64,000 bases of DNA from a virus, in IMG/VR virus record IMGVR_UViG_3300046370_000202. The stretch is one strand, 5' to 3'. The notes under the pieces were generated by a model, which was not told the DNA's origin, made no database searches, and saw only the letters and a program-made list of their open reading frames with translations. Shown here one piece after another: positions 50,648 to 59,617 of the stretch. Made by a program: the position numbers and the translations under genes. The number at the start of each line of letters is the position of its first letter. The first letter of the stretch is position 1.

Positions 50648-50910
50648 TACTTCTTTTTCCTTACCCGCTTCTTGGCAGGAGCCTTCTTCTTGGGTGCTGT
50701 CCATTTCTTTGCGAGGAACTCCTCAACTGATAACCCACACTCACGAAGGGTCTTGTGGAATCTTTTCACATCGGTCATTTCCCATGTATTATCAATAAAC
50801 GATCCGAAGTGGTTTAAAACTTTTTCTCCAAGTTGTGCGTTCTCTTCAGTCTCTTTGTCGAAGATATAACGCACCTTCTTGGTGAAATTTAACTTAATGA
50901 TCTTAGACAT
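50647..50910 (-). CDS. Hypothetical protein with basic tail
   Basis: AGGAG RBS; KKKAPAKKRVRKKK C-terminus. Confidence 0.7.
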   Translation of the reverse strand: MSKIIKLNFTKKVRYIFDKETEENAQLGEKVLNHFGSFIDNTWEMTDVKRFHKTLRECGLSVEEFLAKKWTAPKKKAPAKKRVRKKK

Positions 50911-50918
50911 AGAACTCC

Positions 50919-51140
50919 TTATGCAACTCCAAACAATTCATCAAAGGTCATTGGAACAACCAGTTCCAACTCGGTCTGTTCCTCGATCTGGGGGACAGGT
51001 TTGGGAGACAAGATGTTCTTGATCTCCGCGATGCGGCACCCGATCTCGCGGGCAAAGGGATGGTCAGTACCCACATCTTTTTGTAGGGCTTCCAATTCAA
51101 CTTCTAACATGAATTTGTTTAACGATGAATAGGTATTCAT
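50919..51140 (-). CDS. Hypothetical protein
   Basis: ORF coupled to upstream gene. Confidence 0.6.
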   Translation of the reverse strand: MNTYSSLNKFMLEVELEALQKDVGTDHPFAREIGCRIAEIKNILSPKPVPQIEEQTELELVVPMTFDELFGVA

Positions 51141-51391
51141 TACGCACACTCCTCAACAAATGGTTTCGCAATCAAGTAAATGCCAGGGCAAGCGGGAACA
51201 TCACAGAAGGCATACTCACTCACAAGCAATCGGAACTTCGCAATGTACCGCAGTTCAGATTGATCAGCACTGCTGATAGGTGGGAAGTAGACCACAACCT
51301 GTTCACCACGATCTTCGACGACCTCACCCATACGCTCTGGGTACATCGCACCAGAGTTGATCTGAACTACACGACCTTTCAAATTTTCCAT
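51140..51391 (-). CDS. Hypothetical early protein
   Basis: GAGGAGAGG RBS behind an early promoter. Confidence 0.7.
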   Translation of the reverse strand: MENLKGRVVQINSGAMYPERMGEVVEDRGEQVVVYFPPISSADQSELRYIAKFRLLVSEYAFCDVPACPGIYLIAKPFVEECA

Positions 51392-51418
51392 AACAACCTC
51401 TCCTCATTTGATGTAACC

Positions 51419-51447
51419 ATTATAGTACATGTTTCAGAAATATGCAA
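51419..51447 (-). promoter_or_regulatory. Early promoter TTGCAT-17-TATAAT
   Basis: Shares the TATAATGG.TACATCAAATGAGGAGAG leader with the 52764 promoter. Confidence 0.7.
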
Positions 51448-51473
51448 GAGTTATTTGTGGTAATTTGTCACAA

Positions 51474-51641
51474 CTAGAAGAAATATCGGGCCAAGAGTGA
51501 TGATACAACGATAGAACCCACAACAACAAAAGGCATCATGATTAGTTTTCGTTCTACCCTGTCGGCCGCGGCATCCCATCGATCAAACGCCGCTTCTACT
51601 TTATCAAACGACTCGTTCAACTTTCTTTCACTTTCTCTCAT
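51474..51641 (-). CDS. Small protein with C-terminal TM helix (absent from ORF track)
   Basis: AGGAG RBS; MRESERKLNESFDKVEAAFDRW...IMMPFVVVGSIVVSSLLARYFF. Confidence 0.55.
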   Translation of the reverse strand: MRESERKLNESFDKVEAAFDRWDAAADRVERKLIMMPFVVVGSIVVSSLLARYFF

Positions 51642-51659
51642 ATTGATCTCCTGTAAATA

Positions 51660-51722
51660 AAAAAAATAGGGGAGCAGTCCACATACCTGTCAGTCGGAAT
51701 CTTCGCAAGACCGACTCCCCTC
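51660..51722 (-). terminator. Terminator-like stem enclosing an internal hairpin
   Basis: AGGGGAG...CTCCCCT followed by ATTTTTTT; internal GTCGG...CCGAC hairpin. Confidence 0.55.
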
Positions 51723-51726
51723 TTAA

Positions 51727-52191
51727 CTATTGACTAACGAATCCGGTACCGTCACACATGTAACAGTCTTCATCGCCATAGTCATCGTACCCATAACCTG
51801 AACACTCTTGACACGTCTCATCAAGATCTTCATCCGAATAGTCGAGCATGTCTTCGGTGTTCTCCATCGTCATCAACTGAGGGTTGAAGGTCACCATCTT
51901 GGTGGTCATCTCAACGATGCGGTCGATGGCAACATGGAAAAAGTCGTCCTCATACTTACCTTCATAGAGTCGACCCGTCGTGTAGGGTAGGACGTAATCG
52001 AATAACTCCTTGTCGATCGCACCCTTCTCACGTAGGAACTTCAGGGCACCGGAAGTGTTGTTACCCATCCCGTTGTTGTAGAAGTCATAACGCAGACGAC
52101 CGGCGGCACGAACCATCTCACCAGCGACAGTAGCGGCGTTACCTTCACGAGGAACCAACTCCTCCCAGATTCGTTCAAATGTAGCACTCAT
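51727..52191 (-). CDS. Hypothetical protein with C-terminal DnaJ-type CxxCxGxG zinc finger
   Basis: LVP..G.A.TV.GE.VRA..RL.YD.YNNG; CQECSGYG...CYMCDGTG. Confidence 0.75.
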   Translation of the reverse strand: MSATFERIWEELVPREGNAATVAGEMVRAAGRLRYDFYNNGMGNNTSGALKFLREKGAIDKELFDYVLPYTTGRLYEGKYEDDFFHVAIDRIVEMTTKMVTFNPQLMTMENTEDMLDYSDEDLDETCQECSGYGYDDYGDEDCYMCDGTGFVSQ

Positions 52192-52295
52192 CGTGTTCTC
52201 CCTCTCAAAAGTGCATGTATCGCCTTCGCCTCTTTAGCCTTGATACGACGATCTTTGTTTATCTCTTTCTGTACCGCTTCCTTGTTGTACTTCAT
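52188..52295 (-). CDS. Small basic protein
   Basis: AGGAG RBS; MKYNKEAVQKEI...IHALLRGR. Confidence 0.6.
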   Translation of the reverse strand: MKYNKEAVQKEINKDRRIKAKEAKAIHALLRGRTR

Positions 52296-52438
52296 AGACG
52301 ACTCCTTAGTAGACATAGGGTTCAACAGGATGACCGGCAGCGAGTTGCATCGCAGCGTAGACGAACATCCAAAGAGTTGCATTAGCGAAAAGAACTTCAA
52401 CAATTCGTTGGGGACTTGCGGGCTTCAATTTAATCATC

Positions 52439-52738
52439 TTAGATCACCTCCACACGGTTATCAAAATCACGACCAGCCATCTCAAAGGGGACATACATGA
52501 TGCGACCCACACGTTGTATGTCGTGTTCTACAGACCCAGTCACAGAGTCCTTGACGAAGATGGTGTAACCATCACACATATAGACCTTGCGAGGAGCAGT
52601 GTAGTGGGGTTTCGCCCAAATCGCACCTTTCTCAAGTACCTCACCTACGAGGTAAGAATCCGGACGATCAGACATCGGTTCAAAATCGTATGCACGAATA
52701 ATGTCTCCGACGTTCGCAGTGTTTTCAAATTTCATCAT
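52439..52738 (-). CDS. Hypothetical early protein
   Basis: GAGGAG RBS; VGDIIRAYDF motif. Confidence 0.7.
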   Translation of the reverse strand: MMKFENTANVGDIIRAYDFEPMSDRPDSYLVGEVLEKGAIWAKPHYTAPRKVYMCDGYTIFVKDSVTGSVEHDIQRVGRIMYVPFEMAGRDFDNRVEVI

Positions 52739-52763
52739 ATGTCTCTCCTCATTTGATGTAGCC

Positions 52764-52812
52764 ATTATATCAAATCTGGCGAAAGAGTCAACACTTTTTT
52801 AAAACTTTTTTG
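52764..52812 (-). promoter_or_regulatory. Early promoter (UP element, TTGACT-16-TATAAT)
   Basis: Repeat of the 49597-49645 element. Confidence 0.8.
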
Positions 52813-52828
52813 TGTGAATATTACACAT

Positions 52829-53164
52829 TTATCTACGCATTGACGCAAGGTCTTTCATCTGTTGTTCGTCAATTACGGGAATCGCATTCGACTTGTGCAT
52901 AGTACCGATACCCTTTACGAGAGTGCCAGTGTACTCTTTTCGTTCGGGCTTAGAACATGACTCCGGTGTTGCGAAGTCTGACCGACTGGGGTACTGATTT
53001 GACTCCGCGCATCTTTGCTCTGCATATGAAAGGATGCGCGTTGGTTTCGTTGTCTTGATTGCACGGAACGCTGGCGGTTGGTATTTCCCATAAACTTCTC
53101 CTTTAGGTTTCACTTTTTTAATCTTACGACCACTAGGGGTATGTCTCATCGATCCATGTATCAC
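52829..53164 (-). CDS. Conserved hypothetical protein of T4-like phages
   Basis: YTGTLVKGIGTMHKSNAIPV......DLASMRR C-terminus. Confidence 0.75.
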   Translation of the reverse strand: MIHGSMRHTPSGRKIKKVKPKGEVYGKYQPPAFRAIKTTKPTRILSYAEQRCAESNQYPSRSDFATPESCSKPERKEYTGTLVKGIGTMHKSNAIPVIDEQQMKDLASMRR

Positions 53165-53308
53165 AACTCTTTCTCCATTCGACGTAGTATCTGTTGCATC
53201 GCACCCAGCTCTGCTGTTAAGAAATGCAACTTGGTGTTGGGTGATGTGTTGTCAACGGGAAGATTTCGTATCTGGTCCATCTTCTCAGAGATTTCTTCTT
53301 TGACGATC

Positions 53309-53875
53309 TTAAGCACTTTCTCTTTCATTCTTTACCTCAAACCATGATGGGACGGGACGACTAGTCCACGTCATACTAAACCGATCTTGCTTGGTCTGGT
53401 AGAATGCACGGTATGACTCTACAGGGTCAGACATCATACACTCAGGGTTGGAACCCATAGCAAGCTTGAACGGTGTCCGCTCGACGTGTGGTATACGCGC
53501 CGGTGGAGTGAGTAATATATCACGTAGAAGGGTGTCTGTCAAGTGTCGTTTACCATAACGATACATATATTCATCACAGAGTGCGATGAAGTGCTTGTAG
53601 TGCCAGATGTAGTTGCAGATAGATTCCATCGTCCAGATGGTGCAGGGGTGTCCGTGATGGACTGCTTTGTAGAGTTGGTCGTCTAGGGTAGGATGATCGT
53701 AGTACTTGATCATGGTCTTACCAGACTTGGAAGGTTGTCGAGATACTTGACCGTCAAGCATACGATGTGCCGTTGACAACATCTGTGCAGACTCGACGAT
53801 CATTTTGACAACGTGTTTGTCACACTGCTCTTGGGCAGCTATGACTGGATTGTTACTGAGTACAAAAATATTCAT
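53309..53875 (-). CDS. Pyrimidine-dimer DNA glycosylase (DenV/endonuclease V)-family protein
   Basis: MNIFVL...P..AA...CDKHVVKMIVESAQMLSTAH...HPCTIW...NY.W...EY.YRYGK.H. Confidence 0.75.
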   Translation of the reverse strand: MNIFVLSNNPVIAAQEQCDKHVVKMIVESAQMLSTAHRMLDGQVSRQPSKSGKTMIKYYDHPTLDDQLYKAVHHGHPCTIWTMESICNYIWHYKHFIALCDEYMYRYGKRHLTDTLLRDILLTPPARIPHVERTPFKLAMGSNPECMMSDPVESYRAFYQTKQDRFSMTWTSRPVPSWFEVKNERESA

Positions 53876-53902
53876 ATACTATATCCCCCATTTGGTTAGG
53901 AT

Positions 53903-53931
53903 ATTGTACAGGATAAATTGAGTTCTGTCAA
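53903..53931 (-). promoter_or_regulatory. Early promoter TTGACA-17-TACAAT
   Basis: Consensus-like hexamers upstream of 53875. Confidence 0.7.
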
Positions 53932-53976
53932 GCCCGTCGAGGATTTTTATTTTTTTTACGTATAATTTTATTTAGG

Positions 53977-53984
53977 TATAAATA
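53977..53984 (+). promoter_or_regulatory. T4-type late promoter TATAAATA
   Basis: Exact consensus 5 nt before ATG 53990. Confidence 0.65.
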
Positions 53985-53989
53985 ACTCT

Positions 53990-54241
53990 ATGAACGATTT
54001 ATTTGATTTTGGTTTTACTGCAGTAGATGAGTCCGAGCTCGAGGCATTTCAACAACTCGAGAACGTCTCGGAGGCTGTAGATGAAACTCAAACACGTCTT
54101 GATAATCTATACAATGCGATTCAACCGCTACTGACCAATCTCAAGATGAATCCTGAGAAAGAGTACATTTTGTGGCCAAATCGATTGGATAAGATTGAAC
54201 AATTCGAAACACATATTCAAAACATCTATAAGGGACCCTAA
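53990..54241 (+). CDS. Conserved hypothetical protein
   Basis: FDFGFTAVDE...LYNAIQPLL.NL..NPEKEYI.WPNR. Confidence 0.75.
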   Translation: MNDLFDFGFTAVDESELEAFQQLENVSEAVDETQTRLDNLYNAIQPLLTNLKMNPEKEYILWPNRLDKIEQFETHIQNIYKGP

Positions 54242-54244
54242 CCA

Positions 54245-55096
54245 ATGTTTTATAGTACCAAAGACGAATTTATTTTAAGAGATGGTGAAGTACAATCTAT
54301 TATCACTGGATCAGATAAACACCAGATGGTAAAGAGCATCAACTCACTTATGAAGTTCTTGACTGTTCACCAAGGCAAATATTTACGTTACAAAAATTCA
54401 GAAGTCAACGTCATAGAAGAAGCTTTCTCTCGTGGAACTATGATGTGTAATGCAATCATGTCTCGTAGATATAAGAACATTTTATTTGTTGGTCACTACA
54501 ACGACCACCAGACGCACTGGATGTTGGATAAGTTCTCAGGAAGAATGGTAGACGTTTTTCCACCGGAACGTGATCACATGCAGACATTCCCAGATTTAAA
54601 CATCGTTGCACAGTTCGTACCGTATGTTTTCAAAACAATGGAGTATGATGCATCCTTTACCGTCGTTAGACCACCAGAGTCAAAACATAAGGGCGTAATG
54701 CATACCATATACGAAGCTGTGGGAATGGTTCAAGACTCTCTTCCATGTTCTCACCAATATAAACACGGACAAACTTCATGGTCACTGGAAGGTGAACACG
54801 AAAAGTTTGATGCTGTTGTGTTCTTGGGAGTTCCTATGATGGAACAAGGTGTAGGATTTGAAGAGGATCAGGTGCGAGAGATTTTTGCACCAATGTGTAC
54901 AGAAGATTTTGAGATGGTAGACATCTATTATGGATTACCATCCTCTGTGAAGTGGTTTAATGGAGAAGAAAAAGACAACACGACTATGGTTGAAGTTGCT
55001 TTCTCTATTCGTTCGGGATGGGATGATGATGTTAAGACCGGCGGTGGCCGACCAGAAGAATACGACATTATGAGTAAGATGATTTCCGTATTCTAG
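54245..55096 (+). CDS. Hypothetical 283-aa protein
   Basis: Long ORF followed by a terminator; no motif recognised. Confidence 0.75.
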   Translation: MFYSTKDEFILRDGEVQSIITGSDKHQMVKSINSLMKFLTVHQGKYLRYKNSEVNVIEEAFSRGTMMCNAIMSRRYKNILFVGHYNDHQTHWMLDKFSGRMVDVFPPERDHMQTFPDLNIVAQFVPYVFKTMEYDASFTVVRPPESKHKGVMHTIYEAVGMVQDSLPCSHQYKHGQTSWSLEGEHEKFDAVVFLGVPMMEQGVGFEEDQVREIFAPMCTEDFEMVDIYYGLPSSVKWFNGEEKDNTTMVEVAFSIRSGWDDDVKTGGGRPEEYDIMSKMISVF

Positions 55097-55122
55097 GAAC
55101 TTACCCGACAGTAAGACACGCG

Positions 55123-55146
55123 AGGGGACTACGGTCCCCTTTTTTT
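55123..55146 (+). terminator. Intrinsic terminator
   Basis: AGGGGAC-TACG-GTCCCCT followed by a T tract. Confidence 0.85.
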
Positions 55147-55251
55147 ATGCCCAGTATAAGAACATGCCTGCGATGGCACACCAAATCAGAACGTTGGGTG
55201 CATTATCCCAAACCCACTGAAAGTCTTTGATCGTATACTTGATAAATTTTA

Positions 55252-55908
55252 TTACTTGCTCGATTCTTCCTTCCATGACCGTGTCCCCACTTCGACCCTA
55301 GCATTCTCTGGCAATTTTAGTTTTATGTCAGAATGCGTGTGATGTATTACAAACTGCGTGTTTTTGAACTCTTTGAAGAACGACCCCCAGATAGGACGCC
55401 AGTTGCTCGACATACGGTGTACATTCAATGGACTGCGATCGCTCTTGAGGAATTCGTCAGTGTAGCTGTCTAGATTCATGTCGAACATTGCATCGAACCC
55501 ATACATATGAACTTCGTCTGCCTTCATGACACGACACGCATAGTCGGTTGCCATATGACCACAAGAGTAGTTGGTCGCAGCATCTGATAGAGAGTGGCCC
55601 GGTAGTTGTGCGTATGGCGGTATAAAGACGTGAAACCCTTTGATGTTCACAGAGTACTTGAGATAGAACGCAGGCGTCTGTTCCATCCACTTACGTGGAC
55701 GTGTGCCTAGAACCCAGTCATATTGACCAAGATCAACTTGTCCTTCGTGCAACGCCTTCATCATCTTGAAGTCTACCATACAAGAAGCGAACACTTCTTC
55801 TGGCGGCAACTTGATCGGTGGCATATTACATACCAATAAAAGGCCTTCAGTGCCCCTTGTAAAAATACGTGACCCAGGCCCGTTACCTAATATATTTACT
55901 CTTTTCAT
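55252..55908 (-). CDS. Sialyltransferase/Maf (DUF115)-like glycosyltransferase-fold protein
   Basis: VNILGNGP, VCN, SCGHMA..YA......VHMYGFD motifs. Confidence 0.55.
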   Translation of the reverse strand: MKRVNILGNGPGSRIFTRGTEGLLLVCNMPPIKLPPEEVFASCMVDFKMMKALHEGQVDLGQYDWVLGTRPRKWMEQTPAFYLKYSVNIKGFHVFIPPYAQLPGHSLSDAATNYSCGHMATDYACRVMKADEVHMYGFDAMFDMNLDSYTDEFLKSDRSPLNVHRMSSNWRPIWGSFFKEFKNTQFVIHHTHSDIKLKLPENARVEVGTRSWKEESSK

Positions 55909-56264
55909 TTTGGTTCTCTGTGATAAGTTCCATACACACAGTGTGCAAGTTCGTGACCCCAAGTGGTCATGTGATTGTCGGCTACGCCTTCAGGTACAAT
56001 GACATAGATCTCACAACGAGACATCTCTCCAGTTGTTTTAGAAAGAAACCAACGCGAGTATCCGATTGCGGATTCGTCGTGGGTCTTGATGTCTTTCATT
56101 GCTTTATCAAACTCTCTTTGATTCTGAAACGTATAGACCGTAATAGGAAATTGAATTCCACTGTAGTCCTGTGTACCAGAAATCTTTTCTCTGTCCTTAG
56201 ATGGTTCGCAAGAAACTAACAGGAATGTGAATAAAGCGATTAATACTGTTATTTTAGATTTCAT
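55905..56264 (-). CDS. Putative lipoprotein with HExxH motif
   Basis: Signal peptide ending LLVSC; WGHELAHC. Confidence 0.6.
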   Translation of the reverse strand: MKSKITVLIALFTFLLVSCEPSKDREKISGTQDYSGIQFPITVYTFQNQREFDKAMKDIKTHDESAIGYSRWFLSKTTGEMSRCEIYVIVPEGVADNHMTTWGHELAHCVYGTYHREPK

Positions 56265-56592
56265 ATCTTTCAGCATGGCCTACTTCTGTGAGTAAACTAT
56301 TTAGGTTTGTTCGGTCTTCCAAAAAAACCTCGGCAAGTATACGACCATACTTACCTTCTTTGTATGTGACAATAGTTACCTTTGATCCCACAGGAGCAAC
56401 TTCGTTTACGTACGCGGTTGCAGCAAGGCCTTTTTCCTTTTCGTCAAGGTCTCGTGTACGCTGCTCAGGAGCATCAATACCGTAAAGACGAAGGCGCTGA
56501 TTAGCATAAATGAGGCCAAAACCAAGATCAATATCAACGTCGACGGTATCGCCATCAACCCATCTACGAACTGTCGCTTCATACTCGTACAT
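56254..56592 (-). CDS. Thermonuclease (SNase)-family protein
   Basis: VDGDTVDV.IDLGF....RLRLYGIDAPE...KYGRILA. Confidence 0.88.
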   Translation of the reverse strand: MYEYEATVRRWVDGDTVDVDIDLGFGLIYANQRLRLYGIDAPEQRTRDLDEKEKGLAATAYVNEVAPVGSKVTIVTYKEGKYGRILAEVFLEDRTNLNSLLTEVGHAERYEI

Positions 56593-56807
56593 TAGTCTGA
56601 CGGAATTTGAAACGCCACCTCAAGCATATCTTGATACTCGGCGATCTGTTTAAGTTCATGTTCAAACGACTCCATAATATCGGAGTGTTCTCCAATACCC
56701 GCAGGGTTCTGCAGATATACTTCCAAGTTCGCTTTATGATATGCGATCTTGCCTTGTAGATGCGAAACTGTAGCTTCGATCATTCGTGTACGTAAAGGTG
56801 TGCTCAT
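56592..56807 (-). CDS. Conserved hypothetical protein
   Basis: HKANLEVYL.NPAGIGEHSDI. Confidence 0.75.
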   Translation of the reverse strand: MSTPLRTRMIEATVSHLQGKIAYHKANLEVYLQNPAGIGEHSDIMESFEHELKQIAEYQDMLEVAFQIPSD

Positions 56808-57268
56808 TATCTATCCCTTGCTTTCTCTATTGCACGAGAACCAAACCAGAACGAAATGATGGCGGCGAAGATTGCCTTGGTGTCGTCGTCCCATAGAATG
56901 TTTAACGCCTCTGTTAGTGACATTCCGTTGTTGATTGCTTCTCGCAGTAATGTAATTTCAATTGCAGCGAACAGTATGAAAAATGCATACGTGATCACTG
57001 GCCGTACTGATTTCTGCAGTGCGGACATAAGACCCGTCCCCTGAGAAATCGCTGTGTCGTGTGCTAGAAGCGCCTTCTGCTCTTCGTGCAGACCCATCTC
57101 GGCAAATCGCTTGATCTCATGCTCGTAACCTTTGGCAGTGAGTTCAGCCATCTTCTCCATCTTCTTGAGTTCAAACTCCATACTCTTTTTAGTCTTGTAG
57201 TGTTCTGTGATCGCAGGTACGACCGAACTACCAAAACCAAGTATAGACCCTATAAGACCGCTCAACAT
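56807..57268 (-). CDS. 3TM holin-like membrane protein
   Basis: SVRPVITYAFF...IISFWFGSRA motif. Confidence 0.7.
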   Translation of the reverse strand: MLSGLIGSILGFGSSVVPAITEHYKTKKSMEFELKKMEKMAELTAKGYEHEIKRFAEMGLHEEQKALLAHDTAISQGTGLMSALQKSVRPVITYAFFILFAAIEITLLREAINNGMSLTEALNILWDDDTKAIFAAIISFWFGSRAIEKARDR

Positions 57269-57277
57269 ATGACCTCC

Positions 57278-57937
57278 TTATTTATTCATTAGTCCACGTA
57301 TCGTATCGTTGCCCTTTCTACCTGTATGGTGGATGACGATAGGATCTTTTACCGCTACATTATCTATGTAGTCAATACGTAACGTATTATATGTGTGTGG
57401 TAGGGGATATATTTTACTTAACTTTTCTATCGGCGAATACATATTATGCAGAACTTCTTGATCCCCCTGTTCTGGTGCGGACTCTGTACGTAACATCCAC
57501 GACTCTAGTACGTGGTTACGGTCTGTCATTACAACACCGGAATTGTACCAGTCTCCGTTCTGAGGCCGTCGTGTAGTCCAAGGGCGGTCAATTACCATAC
57601 CCAGCTTGCCGTGTTCAAAGTGTTCCCAAATAGAGTCAATGTCACCGTCTATCTGACAGTCTGTGTCTAACCAACACACTCTAAATCCATCTAGTGTCGC
57701 GTTGTAGATCGCACGAGGTTTTTTGAACCAGCCGTCCACTGGTGATTCTGTATGAACAACATAGAAACGATTCTCATACATCGGATGTTCTTTGAGATTG
57801 GCCAACATATCACTTGACATTCCAAAGTCCGCGACCATGAGTGGTACTTCTGACCACTTAAGAAAGTTCTGCAGAAACCAAGGCAACTGCCACTCGGTGT
57901 TACTGTCACATCCCGTTAAAAAATTTCTTCTATACAT
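57278..57937 (-). CDS. GT-A glycosyltransferase (GT8/GT77-like)
   Basis: WFKKP, WLDTD, YNSGVV, GDQEVL, YN, HHTG.K. Confidence 0.75.
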   Translation of the reverse strand: MYRRNFLTGCDSNTEWQLPWFLQNFLKWSEVPLMVADFGMSSDMLANLKEHPMYENRFYVVHTESPVDGWFKKPRAIYNATLDGFRVCWLDTDCQIDGDIDSIWEHFEHGKLGMVIDRPWTTRRPQNGDWYNSGVVMTDRNHVLESWMLRTESAPEQGDQEVLHNMYSPIEKLSKIYPLPHTYNTLRIDYIDNVAVKDPIVIHHTGRKGNDTIRGLMNK

Positions 57938-58586
57938 CTATCAACTCATACTCATTACTGTAGTTGTGTTTTGCGACGGTACCTTTATGGTTTTGCACTG
58001 TAGAAAAACTGTCGTCTGCATACGCACAATACGGATAGTATTCTTGTAACCACCCAAATCTACTTATATGTAGGAATACGTCAGTTGGTCCGGCCTCGCG
58101 CCTCGCACGTTTTATTAATAACTTCGCGCCCATAGGCGTAACGATGTATGCATGACAGCCAGGAAAGTAAGGTTTAGACTGCAATGGACCCCACCCAATC
58201 GTCGCTGGCGTGTTAAACTTTCCAAACGAGGGTTGACCAATGTTACCGACAAAGTTTGGTGGCGTTGACGGTAAGGGTCCAGTGACGATGGCATCGTGTT
58301 CAAAAATTACGATGGGTTCGTTCAAGCTTATGCACGTTTTCCACAACGTGTAGTGCGAGAGAAAACAAGCAATACAGTTGTCTCGTTTTGAATACTTGTC
58401 ATCAAACTTTTCTGTATTAACTATTCCGACATTAACGCACAACTTATCAACATCATCTTTTGGTGTGATCGCAGCCATTGTCTCAATATTCAGTCCATAC
58501 TTTTTACCCGACGCAATACATCTCTCTGCGGATAGTCGCGACTGTACATTACTGTTGATCGTGATAACAAATGCTCTCATACGCAC
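57930..58586 (-). CDS. Glycosyltransferase family 25-like
   Basis: FVITI, ACFLSHY.LW..C......IFEHDA, HAY.VTP.GAK.L. Confidence 0.8.
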   Translation of the reverse strand: MRMRAFVITINSNVQSRLSAERCIASGKKYGLNIETMAAITPKDDVDKLCVNVGIVNTEKFDDKYSKRDNCIACFLSHYTLWKTCISLNEPIVIFEHDAIVTGPLPSTPPNFVGNIGQPSFGKFNTPATIGWGPLQSKPYFPGCHAYIVTPMGAKLLIKRARREAGPTDVFLHISRFGWLQEYYPYCAYADDSFSTVQNHKGTVAKHNYSNEYELIDV

Positions 58587-58595
58587 CTCATAGAC

Positions 58596-58628
58596 AAAAA
58601 AAAGACAGGTCGGTTTCCCTTCCTGTCT
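58596..58628 (-). terminator. Possible intrinsic terminator
   Basis: AGACAGG...CCTGTCT followed by a T8 tract on the minus strand. Confidence 0.55.
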
Positions 58629-58651
58629 CTTATATAGTTTGACGTTAAGTC

Positions 58652-59350
58652 TTAGAGAGAATCAACAAATTCGTCAATCTCTTCTGCTTGTTCTTTTGAT
58701 AAGAACTCTTTGTGAATACCCACGCGATCCAAAAGACCTGGCGATTTGACTTCACTGCGCAGCTCGCGAACATTGCACTCCTGTACAACTAAGTCTACAA
58801 TGTCAAAAGACACTTCGCGTTTTGCTTGACCAAAAGTTTCTAGTTGTGGATTGTCTTGACGTGGAACTAAAAAGTTGACCAACTTAGTCAAAAACACTTG
58901 TGGTTCTTCAACTAACTGTTCATATGAGAATTCAAACTCATAGACTAGTTCGGACGCTTCCTTTTCAAAAGCGGCTACTAAATCAAATCCCAAAGAACTA
59001 TCACGAAAATCTTCCCACATCATATCTGGGGCAAAGGTCTTCCATGTATGAACCATTGCGTCTTTGTAATCGCGAGTCATTCTGAAAAGACAAGTTGTCG
59101 CAGACTTAGATAACCTCTCCAGAGTAAGACTATCTTCAACAGGTGTATGGCCCATACTAGTTGCAAAAAGAGGCTTCCACATCCATTGGTGAGCAATAGC
59201 TGACACTTCTAGGTTAGTTAGGTCTTTAGGTAGGCTCTGATTAAAACGGACATACATCCCATACATATTCTGTGCAAAGTCTGCACCTGAACAGACACCG
59301 CCTACCATGTAGTGATCATCCAGAGATACTATTGAGTATACTTCTTCCAT
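58652..59350 (-). CDS. Sulfotransferase-fold protein (divergent)
   Basis: RD.KDAMV, SYEQLVEEP...L.KL..FL and RVG.HKE.LS.EQ..I; canonical N-terminal PAPS loop not evident. Confidence 0.55.
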   Translation of the reverse strand: MEEVYSIVSLDDHYMVGGVCSGADFAQNMYGMYVRFNQSLPKDLTNLEVSAIAHQWMWKPLFATSMGHTPVEDSLTLERLSKSATTCLFRMTRDYKDAMVHTWKTFAPDMMWEDFRDSSLGFDLVAAFEKEASELVYEFEFSYEQLVEEPQVFLTKLVNFLVPRQDNPQLETFGQAKREVSFDIVDLVVQECNVRELRSEVKSPGLLDRVGIHKEFLSKEQAEEIDEFVDSL

Positions 59351-59403
59351 TTTGGTTTTATTCCTCTTTTTTGGACTGCGTGATTAACACAATTAGATGA
59401 ATG

Positions 59404-59411
59404 TATTTATA
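59404..59411 (-). promoter_or_regulatory. T4-type late promoter TATAAATA
   Basis: Exact consensus upstream of 59350. Confidence 0.7.
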
Positions 59412-59615
59412 CTAATTCTGTTCCTTATACATCGTCCAAAGTCCATAAAGTACACCGCCATATGCGCCAAGTGTAAGAATAGACTCAAAAAGAATGTAAC
59501 TACCGCACAATGCGACGATAACAACACCATCATATGTGGTGCGTTCCCCTAGACGTGACATCACCCATTGTTTTGCAAGTGATGCATATACTGATACCGC
59601 TGAAAGATTAAACAT
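59412..59615 (-). CDS. Small membrane protein
   Basis: RL.ERTTYDG followed by two hydrophobic segments. Confidence 0.65.
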   Translation of the reverse strand: MFNLSAVSVYASLAKQWVMSRLGERTTYDGVVIVALCGSYILFESILTLGAYGGVLYGLWTMYKEQN

Positions 59616-59617
59616 AG

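Noticed and set aside
48960-50869. + strand ORFs 48960-49571, 49947-50399 and 50393-50869
   Set aside because: Antisense to well-supported early genes and promoters.
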